The notes under the pieces are model-generated. The model searched no databases. It saw nothing but the letters and a program-made list of their open reading frames with translations, and had not been told where the DNA came from. From Deltaproteobacteria bacterium (GTDB lineage Bacteria; Myxococcota_A; UBA9160; SMWR01), in NCBI GenBank assembly GCA_032128115.1, contig JAQBHB010000098.1, positions 70,642-134,641 on the forward strand: DNA of 64,000 nt, given 5' to 3'. Within the stretch, counting starts at the first letter, position 1. Every line of letters starts with the position of its first letter. Made by a program: the position numbers and the translations under genes. This document shows, piece by piece, positions 26,937 to 36,773 of the stretch.

Positions 26937-28268
26937 TCAAGGTCCTTCGGTTTGAGGCCGGGTCTGGGTGACTCGAGAGAGACTTTCGGCAGCGGCTCGA
27001 TCGAGATATACGGATGCGTGGGGGTGCTCCTGCAGAAAGCTCGCCGGAACCTCGTCAGTCACTGCACCTTCCACGGCCCTGGCGACGATGGTTGCCTTGT
27101 GGTTGCCGGCCGCCAGGAGCAGCACCCGGCGCGCACGTAGGATGGAGCCGATGCCCATCGTGATCGCATGCTGCGGAACTCCATCTTCCCCAAACGAGAC
27201 CTCCGCATCGCGGCGGGTTGCCTCGTTCAGGCTCACGAGCCGCGTGCCGCTCGTGCGCGATGAGCCCGGTTCGTTGAACCCGATGTGGCCGTTGCGGCCA
27301 ATGCCCAACAACTGCAGGTCGATCCCTCCCGCGCCGGTAATGGCCCGCTCGTAGTGCTCGCAGTGTTCTGCGACGCCTGGACCCGGAATCGATCCATCGA
27401 GCCCGTGAATGCTGGCTGGATCCAGATCCAGGTGATCGAGAAGGTTGTCTCGCATGAATCGGGAATAGCTGTGGGGCGAGGATGGCTGCATGGGGTAGTA
27501 CTCATCGAGGTTGAACGTCACGACGTTGGCAAAGGAGAGGCCCTGCCCATGGAGACGAACCAACATCCCGTAGACCGCAACGGGGGTGGCGCCGGCGGCC
27601 AGGCCCAGAACACACGGCCTGCCGCCTTCCCCGCGCTCCTGGACGAGCTCTGCGATCTCTCGCGCCGCGGCGGCGGCGATGTCATTCGCGTCTGCGAAAA
27701 CCATGACCTGGAGTCGACCTGTCTGGTCGGGATCCAGGGAATCCTCGCTCCAGCGCGCGGCGAGCGCGAGTAGGATCGCTGACACGGCATCCTTGTGCTC
27801 GACCAGCAGCAGGCGTGCCACCTGATCGGGACCGAAGAGCAGCTTGCCGAGGGTGCGTTGGTCGGCGGACAGGCGCAGGGCGAGGACGCGCGGAGCATGT
27901 TGGCGCAGCAAGGACTCGACCTCGCGGTAGAACCGTTCGGAACCGTCGTCCGCAAGCACCAGGAGCCTCGACACGCGTCTCCCGCGCTCGACGCCGGTCT
28001 TCCGGTCGACCCGCCTCAATCCCCGCTCGTCGTCCGCGAGAGCCCGCTCGGCGTGCTCCAGACTGCGAACGATTCGGCCCGCCGAGCGAGCGCTCTTGAG
28101 CGCGGATTCGAGGTCCGGCGTGAGATCGGCCCGCGCCACCCGCACTGCACCGCCCCGCCACAAGGGTTGGGCGCGCGCCGCGAGTTCGCGTGCGAGATGC
28201 GCAGCGCGGGGATCGTCTTCGACCCTTCTGGGCAGGCGCAGAGGTTCCATTCGGTCTCGTTCGTGCAC
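26937..28268 (-). CDS. nagB: Fusion: N-terminal L7Ae/L30e-like domain + C-terminal glucosamine-6-phosphate deaminase
   Basis: C-terminal about 255 aa: LGLAAGATP, TFNLDEY, GGIDLQLLGIGRNGHIGFNEPGS, AITMGIGSI, PASFLQEH; N-terminal about 175 aa not NagB-like. Confidence 0.8.
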   Translation of the reverse strand: MHERDRMEPLRLPRRVEDDPRAAHLARELAARAQPLWRGGAVRVARADLTPDLESALKSARSAGRIVRSLEHAERALADDERGLRRVDRKTGVERGRRVSRLLVLADDGSERFYREVESLLRQHAPRVLALRLSADQRTLGKLLFGPDQVARLLLVEHKDAVSAILLALAARWSEDSLDPDQTGRLQVMVFADANDIAAAAAREIAELVQERGEGGRPCVLGLAAGATPVAVYGMLVRLHGQGLSFANVVTFNLDEYYPMQPSSPHSYSRFMRDNLLDHLDLDPASIHGLDGSIPGPGVAEHCEHYERAITGAGGIDLQLLGIGRNGHIGFNEPGSSRTSGTRLVSLNEATRRDAEVSFGEDGVPQHAITMGIGSILRARRVLLLAAGNHKATIVARAVEGAVTDEVPASFLQEHPHASVYLDRAAAESLSRVTQTRPQTEGP

Positions 28269-28301
28269 GCCCGCGCCCCTGCGAAGGAGCGGCGCCCCAG
28301 C

Positions 28302-30071
28302 CTATCGACGGCCCTTGCGCTTCGGATCGAAGCGCTTCTTCTCCCGCGACATCCCGCGGCCGCGCGGCTGCTCACTGCGAGCACCGGGGCTGCCCCGCCC
28401 TCCGGAGCGCACGATCTGAAGCTTGGGATCGCGCGCGTCGCGATGCTGCACGAGCTTCTCGAAGACCGCCGCAACACTGGAATCGACATCGAAGCTCGAC
28501 TCCACGGGGCCGATCTCGATCGCTCCGACCATCTGGCTGCGGATCTGCCCGCGGCGACAAATGTGCCCGAGCAGGCGATTGGCTGCAGCCCCACCGCGCT
28601 CACCCCAGTTGATCGTAAAGCGCACGAAGCCCTGCGCCGGCTCACTCGGCGCGGAACCAGCGTGCTCACGCGGCTCGCTGAGCGCCATCGGCTCGCGGGC
28701 CGGACTTGGCTGCGCCATCTCGAGCATCAGGGCGACGACCGCTGCCGGATCGCGACCATTGAGGAGTTCCTTGGCGTAGTCGATCTGCTGTTGCGTCGGC
28801 GGCTCACCGGAGGCGAGGCGCTCGTGGATCTGCTGGCGGAAGCGCTTGCGAAGCTGCTTTCGCACCTTGCCCGCGCTCGGTGCGGGCAGCCACCGGATTT
28901 CGATGCGGGCCGCCCCGATCAAACGTTCGATCTGCCGCCGCGCACTCGGCGGCACGAGCATCACGCTGCGACCCGTTCGCCCGGCCCTCCCCGTGCGTCC
29001 GCTGCGGTGCACGTAGGAGTCGGAGTCTCCGGGCAGATCGACGTGAATCACGAGTTCGATGTCAGGGACATCGATGCCGCGCGCGGCCACGTCGGTCGAG
29101 ACCAGCGTCTTGATGGTCCCGTCCCGGAACGCATTCAGTGTTCGCGTGCGCTGGGCCTGGGGGAGCTCTCCGCTGAAGGCCTGCACCGGGAACCCGTCGC
29201 CGGAGAGTCTCTGCGCGAGTGAGGTGGTATCCACGCGGCGTTCGACGAAGATCAGACAGCGCCCGCCTTCGTTCAGGAGCAGCAGATTCACCAGCGCGGC
29301 GTAGCATTCCCGTCGATCCACGACGTGGGCGACATGCTCGATGTCTCGATTCGCAGCCCCGAGCCGAGTTCCCTCGACGTGCAGTGCACTGCGTTGGAAG
29401 CGATCGGCGAGCTTGCGCACCGGCCACGGGAATGTTGCCGAAACGAGATGGGTGCGGCGCTCGCTCGGCATCCGTTCCAGGATCGCCTCGAGCTCCTCAC
29501 GAAAGCCCATGTCGAGCATGCGGTCCGACTCGTCGAGGACGACGTGTGCGACCCCGCTGCAAGCGAGCGCACCGGTCTGCAGGTGGTCGAGAGTCCGCCC
29601 CGGCGTGCCGACGACGACCTGGGGCCGACGCGCGAGTGCGCGCCGCTCGAGGCCGAGGGAAGTGCCGCCCATCACGACTTCGATGCCGAGACCGCGCACC
29701 CCCTCGAAGAGCCAGCACAGTTCTTCGCGCACCTGCATGGCGAGCTCTCGCGTTGGCACCAGCACGAGTACGCTTGGGCCCGGGCGATCGGCAGCGGCAG
29801 CGGAGGCGCTGCCAGCCAGGTGACGCGCCAGCGCCAGACCGATCGCGACGGTCTTGCCCGAGCCCGTTTGCGACGAGATCCGCAGATCGCGCCCCTCCGA
29901 CTCCGCGTCCAGGACGGCGCGCTGCACGGAGGTCAGGTCCGCAAACCCGCGCCGGCGCATCGCATGGGCCAGCGGCCCGGGGATCCCCGTCAGCGGGTCG
30001 AGGGATTGGGCGCTCTCGAGGACCAGCGACTCGGGCAGCGGCAGTTCTACAGGTTCTACAGAATCGGTCAT
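28302..30071 (-). CDS. DEAD-box RNA helicase (DeaD-like) with C-terminal DbpA-type RNA-binding domain; alternative start 30098
   Basis: Q motif GFADLTSVQ, QTGSGKT, PTRELA, TPGR, DESD, SAT, ARGID, HRSGRTGRAG; C-terminal FTINWGERGG...GAIEIG. Confidence 0.93.
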   Translation of the reverse strand: MTDSVEPVELPLPESLVLESAQSLDPLTGIPGPLAHAMRRRGFADLTSVQRAVLDAESEGRDLRISSQTGSGKTVAIGLALARHLAGSASAAAADRPGPSVLVLVPTRELAMQVREELCWLFEGVRGLGIEVVMGGTSLGLERRALARRPQVVVGTPGRTLDHLQTGALACSGVAHVVLDESDRMLDMGFREELEAILERMPSERRTHLVSATFPWPVRKLADRFQRSALHVEGTRLGAANRDIEHVAHVVDRRECYAALVNLLLLNEGGRCLIFVERRVDTTSLAQRLSGDGFPVQAFSGELPQAQRTRTLNAFRDGTIKTLVSTDVAARGIDVPDIELVIHVDLPGDSDSYVHRSGRTGRAGRTGRSVMLVPPSARRQIERLIGAARIEIRWLPAPSAGKVRKQLRKRFRQQIHERLASGEPPTQQQIDYAKELLNGRDPAAVVALMLEMAQPSPAREPMALSEPREHAGSAPSEPAQGFVRFTINWGERGGAAANRLLGHICRRGQIRSQMVGAIEIGPVESSFDVDSSVAAVFEKLVQHRDARDPKLQIVRSGGRGSPGARSEQPRGRGMSREKKRFDPKRKGRR

Positions 30072-30199
30072 CGGGATCGGTCGTTCCTTGCTGAGCATGT
30101 GTGCAGCGCCGAGAGCTTCACTGCGTCGCCCGCCCCAGCGAGAGTGCCGGCGGCGGGAAGCATGCGTGTGATGGAGGGAGGGTGATCGCAGTGGCGAGG

Positions 30200-30233
30200 C
30201 CGTTGCAGCGCCCTGCCCGTTGCAGCGCCCTGC
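30200..30233. repeat. 17-bp perfect tandem repeat in the putative helicase 5' leader
   Basis: CCGTTGCAGCGCCCTGC twice. Confidence 0.85.
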
Positions 30234-30269
30234 CGGCTGGCCCCTCCGGCCTGCCTCGTGAAGCGGCGG

Positions 30270-30278
30270 AGTATACCA
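30270..30278 (-). promoter_or_regulatory. Extended -10 promoter element for the helicase operon
   Basis: Minus strand TGGTATACT (TGn-TATACT), about 170-200 nt upstream of the helicase start. Confidence 0.5.
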
Positions 30279-30322
30279 CCGATTGCGGTCGAGCCGCAGG
30301 GGAATGAGGGTTCCCCGGGTGG

Positions 30323-30338
30323 AGGCGGCTTTCCGCCT
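30323..30338 (-). terminator. Short hairpin after the GT2 stop
   Basis: AGGCGG-AAAG-CCGCCT on the minus strand; no U tract. Confidence 0.35.
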
Positions 30339-30349
30339 GGGAAGAGGGC

Positions 30350-31438
30350 TCAGCGTGCCGCTGTCGCCCTCGAATCGGGATCGGGAACCGAGAGCACCGA
30401 GGTGAGGGTCTGCGATGCCTCGAGCGCGCCATGGTACGACGTCGAACTCCTGGGTCCGCCGCGCTCCGCCAGGCGGCCCCGCCGGTAGTCGCACTTCAGC
30501 ATCCACCGGAGCTGAAGTCTCTCGATCTGGAGCACGCCGGCCAACCACAGCACGAGCTGCGCCCGCGCGAGTCTCAGGTGGAGTCGGAAGGGCGACAGCT
30601 TCCGCTTTCCCAGCCGCTCACGGATCCGTATCGACTCGACGCCATTGACGAAGAATCCCTGCCGGACGTAGGGCAGCGTCATCCGGTCGGGGGAGATCGG
30701 GTGATGGACCAGGGCTTCCGGGCGGTAGACCATCCGGTATCCATCGCGAAGTATCTGGTGACCGAGCGCCCAATCCTCACCGCCGCGGAGACCCGAGCGG
30801 CGGTTGGGTCCGAGCCGCGTATCGTAGCGGTACCTCGAAAACACCTCGCGCCGGTAGGCACAGTTCGCGCCGATCGGGACACCGGTCGGCGGCTTGGTTC
30901 GGCGCCGATACTCGAGAATGTGATCCCCCAGATCCTGGCGGGGGCCCAGGAAGTGGGTGGGCCGTTCCTCGGCAAGCTCCCGGAACCACCCGGGGGTTCC
31001 CGTCTCGGGGAAAGACGGCAGAACCCGACCGCCCGTGCCCATGAGTCGGGACGGACGGGTCGGTTCGAGCAGGGGGGCCGTCAATGCCGAGAGCCAGCCC
31101 GGCATCGGGACGGCGTCGTCGTCCGTGAAGGCGATCACGTTGCCGCGGCAGGCACTGACTCCTGCGTTCAGCGCATGGGACTTCCCCACTTCGGCGGTGA
31201 ACAGCATCTGATCGCACAAGCCCGCGAGTTCGAGGCGCGAGTGGGCAGCGAAATCGGAAATATCTGCGTTGAGGACGAGCACGACTTCGGCGTCGAGCGG
31301 TACCGCTTCTCGACGCACCGAACCGAGACAACTGCGCAGGGCGGCCGAGTCACGGAACGCGGTCACCACGACGCTGACGGCGATGGGAGGCGGGCCCCCT
31401 TCCCAGCACGGGTTCGCTGCCTCGGGCTTGTCGCTCAA
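30350..31438 (-). CDS. Glycosyltransferase family 2
   Basis: VSVVVTAF, GKSHALNAG, AFTDDD, IGANCAYRR, GGED. Confidence 0.9.
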   Translation of the reverse strand: MSDKPEAANPCWEGGPPPIAVSVVVTAFRDSAALRSCLGSVRREAVPLDAEVVLVLNADISDFAAHSRLELAGLCDQMLFTAEVGKSHALNAGVSACRGNVIAFTDDDAVPMPGWLSALTAPLLEPTRPSRLMGTGGRVLPSFPETGTPGWFRELAEERPTHFLGPRQDLGDHILEYRRRTKPPTGVPIGANCAYRREVFSRYRYDTRLGPNRRSGLRGGEDWALGHQILRDGYRMVYRPEALVHHPISPDRMTLPYVRQGFFVNGVESIRIRERLGKRKLSPFRLHLRLARAQLVLWLAGVLQIERLQLRWMLKCDYRRGRLAERGGPRSSTSYHGALEASQTLTSVLSVPDPDSRATAAR

Positions 31439-31582
31439 TGTGCGCTGACCCCCGGGAAGGGGCGGACTTCACTGCCCCAATCGCCGTGGCAGGGTGCCGG
31501 AGATCCCGCGAGTTTGCACTTCTTGACCCGAAAATGGGCCGACAGTAGTCTGGACCTTCCCATCGGCGGTGCGGAGTCTTGC

Positions 31583-32527
31583 ATGGACACGAGTCTTGTT
31601 GTCGAGACCTATAACGTGCTCGATGGGACGAGTCTCCAGAGCGTGCGGCGGGCCCTGGGGGCGGCATGCGCGATATGCCCCCCGCCAGGAGGCATCGAGA
31701 TCCTGCTGGTGGACGTAACGGGCGACACCACGATTCGGCACCTGCTCGAGCAGGACTTTCCCCAGGTCCGCCTGATCGATGCCAGCGGGTCGAGCTACGA
31801 CGCCGCCAAGATGCTGGCGGCGAGGCAGGCGCGTGGGCGTTATGTCGTCTACCTCGACTGCGACTGCGTTCCGGCTCCGGGCTGGTTCGACCACATTACC
31901 GGCCCGCTTCGCAGCGGCGAGGCTGTCGCCACGGGCGGCATGACGCGATATCCGGGGGGCTTCTTCGCGAAGCTGCAGACCCTGATGGATTTCGGCTTCC
32001 TGTTCCCCGCCTGCGATCGGCCTCTCGGTTGCTATGCGTCCAACAACTCCGCCTTCCTGCGCGAGCTGTTGCTCCGCGTCCCCGAGCCCGAAGGCCCCAT
32101 GCGCTGCAGCTGCTATCCGCACGCGCAGATGCTGGGGCGACTCGGTCTGGCGCCCCGGCTCGCTGCGAAGGCTTCCGTCTCTCACGAGCGACCTCACTTC
32201 CTGCGAGAGCGGCTGCGGCAGGGCTACGATGCGGTCGCCGCCTGTTGGATGGATCCGCAACTGTGGGAGGCGCGCTGGCTCCGCTACGGACTGGCGGCAG
32301 CCCCGCTCTTCTACTTCCACCGGGTCGCACTCGATTGGCGGCTGCTTCTCGACCACCGCGATGAGACCGGCCTGGATCGGGGGAGTGCCGGTCTCGCGCT
32401 GGGATTGCTCCCACTTCTGCGACTCGTCGATCTGGCTGGCACCCTCGCGGCACTCGCCGCGGGCCCACGGGCCCACGCGTGGTTCGATCGGACCGCGGCC
32501 GCCCGGCGGCAGTCGGCGCTCGCCTGA
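31583..32527 (+). CDS. Glycosyltransferase family 2
   Basis: GGAG RBS, MDTSLVVETYN, EILLVD, ARGRYVVYLDCDC, NNSAFLRE. Confidence 0.85.
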   Translation: MDTSLVVETYNVLDGTSLQSVRRALGAACAICPPPGGIEILLVDVTGDTTIRHLLEQDFPQVRLIDASGSSYDAAKMLAARQARGRYVVYLDCDCVPAPGWFDHITGPLRSGEAVATGGMTRYPGGFFAKLQTLMDFGFLFPACDRPLGCYASNNSAFLRELLLRVPEPEGPMRCSCYPHAQMLGRLGLAPRLAAKASVSHERPHFLRERLRQGYDAVAACWMDPQLWEARWLRYGLAAAPLFYFHRVALDWRLLLDHRDETGLDRGSAGLALGLLPLLRLVDLAGTLAALAAGPRAHAWFDRTAAARRQSALA

Positions 32528-32898
32528 CGCGGGGCTAGCTGCCTCCGACCCCTCGATCCTCCTCTCTGACTTCCACGCCGCATCGTGCCTGCTCCGCAGC
32601 AAGAACTCGATCGCCGTGTTGGCGCCCGCGTCGTTCCAGCCCGCCAATTCGACTGCGCGAGCCGGGACCCGGCGCGTCCACGCGATGCCGCTCCCCATGA
32701 GGATGATCGCCGGCATGGTGGGCTTCGACGACGCGGCATACGATCAGCTGGGGGATGCACGTGGCGGAGAGGGCCCGTGACGACGGCGCCTGCTGAGGCC
32801 CGGGCGCTTGCGCAGATCTCACGTTGCCGCGAAGATCCCCCTGCGCGCCCGGCCAAGCGGTGCTCTGCACCGCTCTCGTTCCGTGGAGATCGTCGCAG

Positions 32899-35349
32899 AT
32901 GCCGTTGCGACACCGTATCGATGCCGGATTCACGTCCTGGGGCCGGTTCGTCGTACGCCGGCGTTGGCTGGTAATCGCCGCCTGCTTCGCGCTCACAGGC
33001 GTCCTGGTGTCGCGCCTCCCAGAAATCCGGGTCGACAACTCCAACGAAGCCTTCCTCCACTCGGATGACGCCGAGCGCATCCGGTACGACCGCTTCAAGC
33101 GGCAGTTCGACCGCGAGGACCGCATCATGGTCCTCCTGAATCCCGCCGAGGTGTTCGAATTCGGCTTCCTGGAGTGGCTGCGCACGCTCCACCGCGACAT
33201 CGAAAACGAGGTTCCGTACGTCGAGGAGGTCACGAGCCTCGTCAATGCGCGCAACACGCGCGGCGAGGGCGACGATCTGATCGTCGAGGACCTGATGGAG
33301 GACTGGCCCGAGGACGACGCGGAGCTCGCGACGCTGCGCGCGCGCGCCCTCGGCAACCCGCTCTACATCGATGCCCTGCTCACGGAAGACGCTCGCTACA
33401 CCGTTCTGATGGTCAAGCCGTTCACCTATTCGACTCTCGGTTCCGATCTGGACACGTTGGGCGGCTTCGAGGATACCGGAGCCGACGAGGCGCTCGACCT
33501 CACGGACTCCGAAAGCTACGAGATGGTCGAGGCACTCTACGCGGTCATTGCGCGCCACGAACGCCCCGGGCTCGATGTGCAGGTGATCGGCGGGCCCACC
33601 TTCGCCCACCGCATGAATCTGATGTTGCAGAAGGACGTCACGGTCTTCATGACGAGCTCGATCCTTCTCGAGTTCTTGCTCCTCTTCATCCTCTTCCGCC
33701 GGGCGTCCGGGATGATCCTGCCCGTACTCGTCGTCGTTCTGGCCATGGTCTCGACCATGGGATTCATGGTCTGGCTCGACATCCCGTTTTCAGTCACGCT
33801 CAACATCCTTCCCGCCTTCCTTCTGGTCGTGGGAATCTGCGACGCGGTCCACATCCTGGCAATCGTGTACCGGCGCCTGGCCGCTGGCGACACCCGAGAA
33901 GACGCGATCGTCTTTTCCCTGACCCACTCGGGGCTGGCCGTCGTCATGACGAGCGTGACGACAGCCGCAGGCCTGGCGAGTTTCAGCCTGGCGGCCCTCG
34001 CGCCAATCGCGCAACTCGGTGTTCTGGCGCCCGCCGGCGTGATGCTCGCCATGCTGTACAGCCTGGCCCTGCTTCCGGCGCTGCTCGCCGTCTCCCCACT
34101 CAAGCGGGCGCCGGTTCACGAAGGCCTCGCGGGGCGGGGCATCGTTGATCGCTTCCTGGCGAGCATGGGCGACATGTCCACCCGCCACCCGGTGCGGGTC
34201 GTAGCCGTTACCGCCGCGATTGTCGTTGCCGCATTTCCCGGCCTGATGCAGGTCTATTTCTCCCACGACGGGATCCGCTGGTTTCCGAAGCACGACCCGA
34301 TCCGGATCGCCGAGGAGATTTTCAATAGCCAGTTCAAGGGTGCGTCTTCGCTCGAAATTCTCGTACACACGCCGGGCGAGAACGGACTCCACGAGCCCGA
34401 CGCCCTTCACCGGATCCAACGCGCGATGCGCCACAGCGAAACACTCGAAGTGGCCGGACGCCCCGTGGGCAAGGTCTTCTCCATCGTGGACGTCGTGAAG
34501 GAGACCCACCAGGCGCTGAACGAGAATCGGGCTGATCACTACGTGCTCCCCGACGACCGCGAGCTGGTCGCCCAGGAGATGCTGCTCTTCGAAAACAGCG
34601 GCAGCGACGATCTCGAAGATCTGACGGACTCGACGTTCCAGACGGCCCGAGTGACGGTGCGCACGCCGTGGGTGGATGCCCTGCTGTACCCAGACTTCAT
34701 CGATGAGGTCCGGAGCAGCTACAGCGAGATCCTGGGGGAAGATTTGACGTTCGAGCTCACCGGGGGCGCGGTGCTCTTTACGCGGGTCTTCGAGGCCGTG
34801 ATCTACAGCATGGCGGTCTCCTACATCTTCGCGCTGGCCGTCATCACGCCGCTGATGGTCCTGCTGATCGGGAATCTCCGCCGGGGCCTGGTGGCGATGA
34901 TCCCGAACCTGATCCCCATCTATCTGGTACTCGCGTTCATGGGCTACGCCGATGTTCCCCTCGACGCGGGCACCCTGTTGATCGGCGGCGTCATCATCGG
35001 ACTGGCGGTCGACGACACCATCCACTTCATGCATCGTTTCGGGCGCTACTACGATGAGCGGGGGGACGTCTATCACGCCGTGCACGAGACCCTCGCTACC
35101 ACGGGCACCGCTCTGCTCTTCACGTCCATCGTGCTCGGATGCGGGTTCGCCGTGTTCCTGATGTCCTACATGCAGAACACCTTCTGGTTCGGGGCGTTGT
35201 GCCTCATGGCCACCGTCATCGCATTTGCTGCGGACATCTTGCTCGGACCTGCCCTGATGGTGCTGGTCACGCGTGGGGACGGCGGGCGTGCAAAGCCACC
35301 TGCGACCCCGCAGCCGCCGCCCCCTCCCACCCCGAGCGCCACGAGATAA
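32899..35349 (+). CDS. MMPL/RND family lipid transporter
   Basis: Two repeats of TM + periplasmic domain + 5 TM; GICDAVH, TSVTTAAG, GLAVDDTIH, ALLFTS. Confidence 0.93.
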   Translation: MPLRHRIDAGFTSWGRFVVRRRWLVIAACFALTGVLVSRLPEIRVDNSNEAFLHSDDAERIRYDRFKRQFDREDRIMVLLNPAEVFEFGFLEWLRTLHRDIENEVPYVEEVTSLVNARNTRGEGDDLIVEDLMEDWPEDDAELATLRARALGNPLYIDALLTEDARYTVLMVKPFTYSTLGSDLDTLGGFEDTGADEALDLTDSESYEMVEALYAVIARHERPGLDVQVIGGPTFAHRMNLMLQKDVTVFMTSSILLEFLLLFILFRRASGMILPVLVVVLAMVSTMGFMVWLDIPFSVTLNILPAFLLVVGICDAVHILAIVYRRLAAGDTREDAIVFSLTHSGLAVVMTSVTTAAGLASFSLAALAPIAQLGVLAPAGVMLAMLYSLALLPALLAVSPLKRAPVHEGLAGRGIVDRFLASMGDMSTRHPVRVVAVTAAIVVAAFPGLMQVYFSHDGIRWFPKHDPIRIAEEIFNSQFKGASSLEILVHTPGENGLHEPDALHRIQRAMRHSETLEVAGRPVGKVFSIVDVVKETHQALNENRADHYVLPDDRELVAQEMLLFENSGSDDLEDLTDSTFQTARVTVRTPWVDALLYPDFIDEVRSSYSEILGEDLTFELTGGAVLFTRVFEAVIYSMAVSYIFALAVITPLMVLLIGNLRRGLVAMIPNLIPIYLVLAFMGYADVPLDAGTLLIGGVIIGLAVDDTIHFMHRFGRYYDERGDVYHAVHETLATTGTALLFTSIVLGCGFAVFLMSYMQNTFWFGALCLMATVIAFAADILLGPALMVLVTRGDGGRAKPPATPQPPPPPTPSATR

Positions 35350-35351
35350 GG

Positions 35352-36632
35352 CTACTGCGCTCCGCCAGGCGTGAACGCACAGGGCATGCGCTTGATGCCG
35401 TGGATGAAGTTCGAGCGCAGCATCTCGGGCGGGCCCGTGATCTCGAGATCCGGGAGCCTGCGCAGCAGCCCGCGGAACACGACCGAGATCTCCCGCCGCG
35501 CGAGATTGGCCCCGAGGCAGTGGTGCGCGCCCGGGCCGCCGAATCCCACGTGTTCGTTCGGCGTGCGCGTCACGTCGAATCGGAAGGGATCTTCGAAGAC
35601 GTCCTCGTCGCGGTTGGCCGAGTTGTACCAGAGCACGATCTTCTCGCCCTCGCGGAGCTTCTGGCCGCCGAGTTCCGTGTCCTGGGTGCAGGTGCGCCGA
35701 AAGTGCATCACCGGCGACGCCCAGCGCACGATCTCCTCCACCGCGGTGGGCGCCACGGCCTCGAAATCGGACGCCCACTTGCGTCGCTCGTCGGGGTTGT
35801 CGGAGAGCGCTTTCATGCCGTGGCTGATGGCGTTTCGCGTCGTCTCGTTGCCGGCGGCCACCAGCAGCACGAAGAAGGAGGCGATCTCCTGGTCGGTGAG
35901 CGCCTCGCTGTCGATCTCGGCGTTGAGGAGCTGCGACGTGAGATCGTTCTTCGGCTTCAGCTTGCGCTCGGCCGCCAGCTCGTTCATGAGCTCCGCGAGC
36001 AGCTTCCCGGAATTGAGCGCAGCGATCAGCGGGTTGGTCCCCTCCTTCACGTACTCCGGGTCGCCGAGGCCGAGGATGATGTTGGTCTGGTCGAAGACGA
36101 ACTGCATCTGGCTGTCGGGAATCCCCATCATGTCACAGATGATTCCCAGCGGAAGCGGCGCAGCGATCTCGGTGACGAAGTCGCACTCACCCTTGTCGAT
36201 CACGGCATCGATCAGCTCCGTGGCCCGCCGCTCGACGTCGCCCTGGAGCTTCCCGAGCGCCTTGGGCGTGAAGCCGCGGGACACGATTCGCCGCAAGCGC
36301 TCGTGGCGCGGATCGTCCATGGAGATCATCGAGCCGAAGAACTCGTTGAGCTCCACGGGCAGATCGGGAATCTGGGTGCCCTTGCCCGAGCAGAAGAGGT
36401 CGCCCCGCCGGCTCGCCGTGAGCACGTCGGCGTGGCGCGTCACCGACCAATAGCCCGGCCCCTTCGGCAGCGGGAGCTCCGGCGGCGGCTCGAATTCCTC
36501 GTGGAACGACATCGGCCGCTCGCGGCGCAGCAGGGCAAACGCTCCCTCGCGCTGCTCGGGCGGGAACGTCCAGAAGTCGAGCTGGTCCAGGTGAATGTCG
36601 TCGACGCTTGCGGGCAATTTGGGCTCGAACAT
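35352..36632 (-). CDS. Cytochrome P450 (CYP124/CYP125-like)
   Basis: AAGNETT, EEIVRW (ExxR), FGGPGAHHCLG heme motif. Confidence 0.95.
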   Translation of the reverse strand: MFEPKLPASVDDIHLDQLDFWTFPPEQREGAFALLRRERPMSFHEEFEPPPELPLPKGPGYWSVTRHADVLTASRRGDLFCSGKGTQIPDLPVELNEFFGSMISMDDPRHERLRRIVSRGFTPKALGKLQGDVERRATELIDAVIDKGECDFVTEIAAPLPLGIICDMMGIPDSQMQFVFDQTNIILGLGDPEYVKEGTNPLIAALNSGKLLAELMNELAAERKLKPKNDLTSQLLNAEIDSEALTDQEIASFFVLLVAAGNETTRNAISHGMKALSDNPDERRKWASDFEAVAPTAVEEIVRWASPVMHFRRTCTQDTELGGQKLREGEKIVLWYNSANRDEDVFEDPFRFDVTRTPNEHVGFGGPGAHHCLGANLARREISVVFRGLLRRLPDLEITGPPEMLRSNFIHGIKRMPCAFTPGGAQ

Positions 36633-36773
36633 GGGCAGGACCTCCAGGCGGGCGCGCCAGATCTCGGAATCTTCTCAGAACCGGACGCCCGTGGCCAGCG
36701 GCCCCTCCCGTGGCCGGAATCGGGCAACCACGAGGCTGAAGCGACTGGCCGAGCGAGCAGCCGCAGCGGGCGG

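Noticed and set aside
28302..30548. 748-aa helicase with a long N-terminal extension
   Set aside because: The extension overlaps the GT2 gene and a promoter-like element; the real start is probably 30071 or 30098
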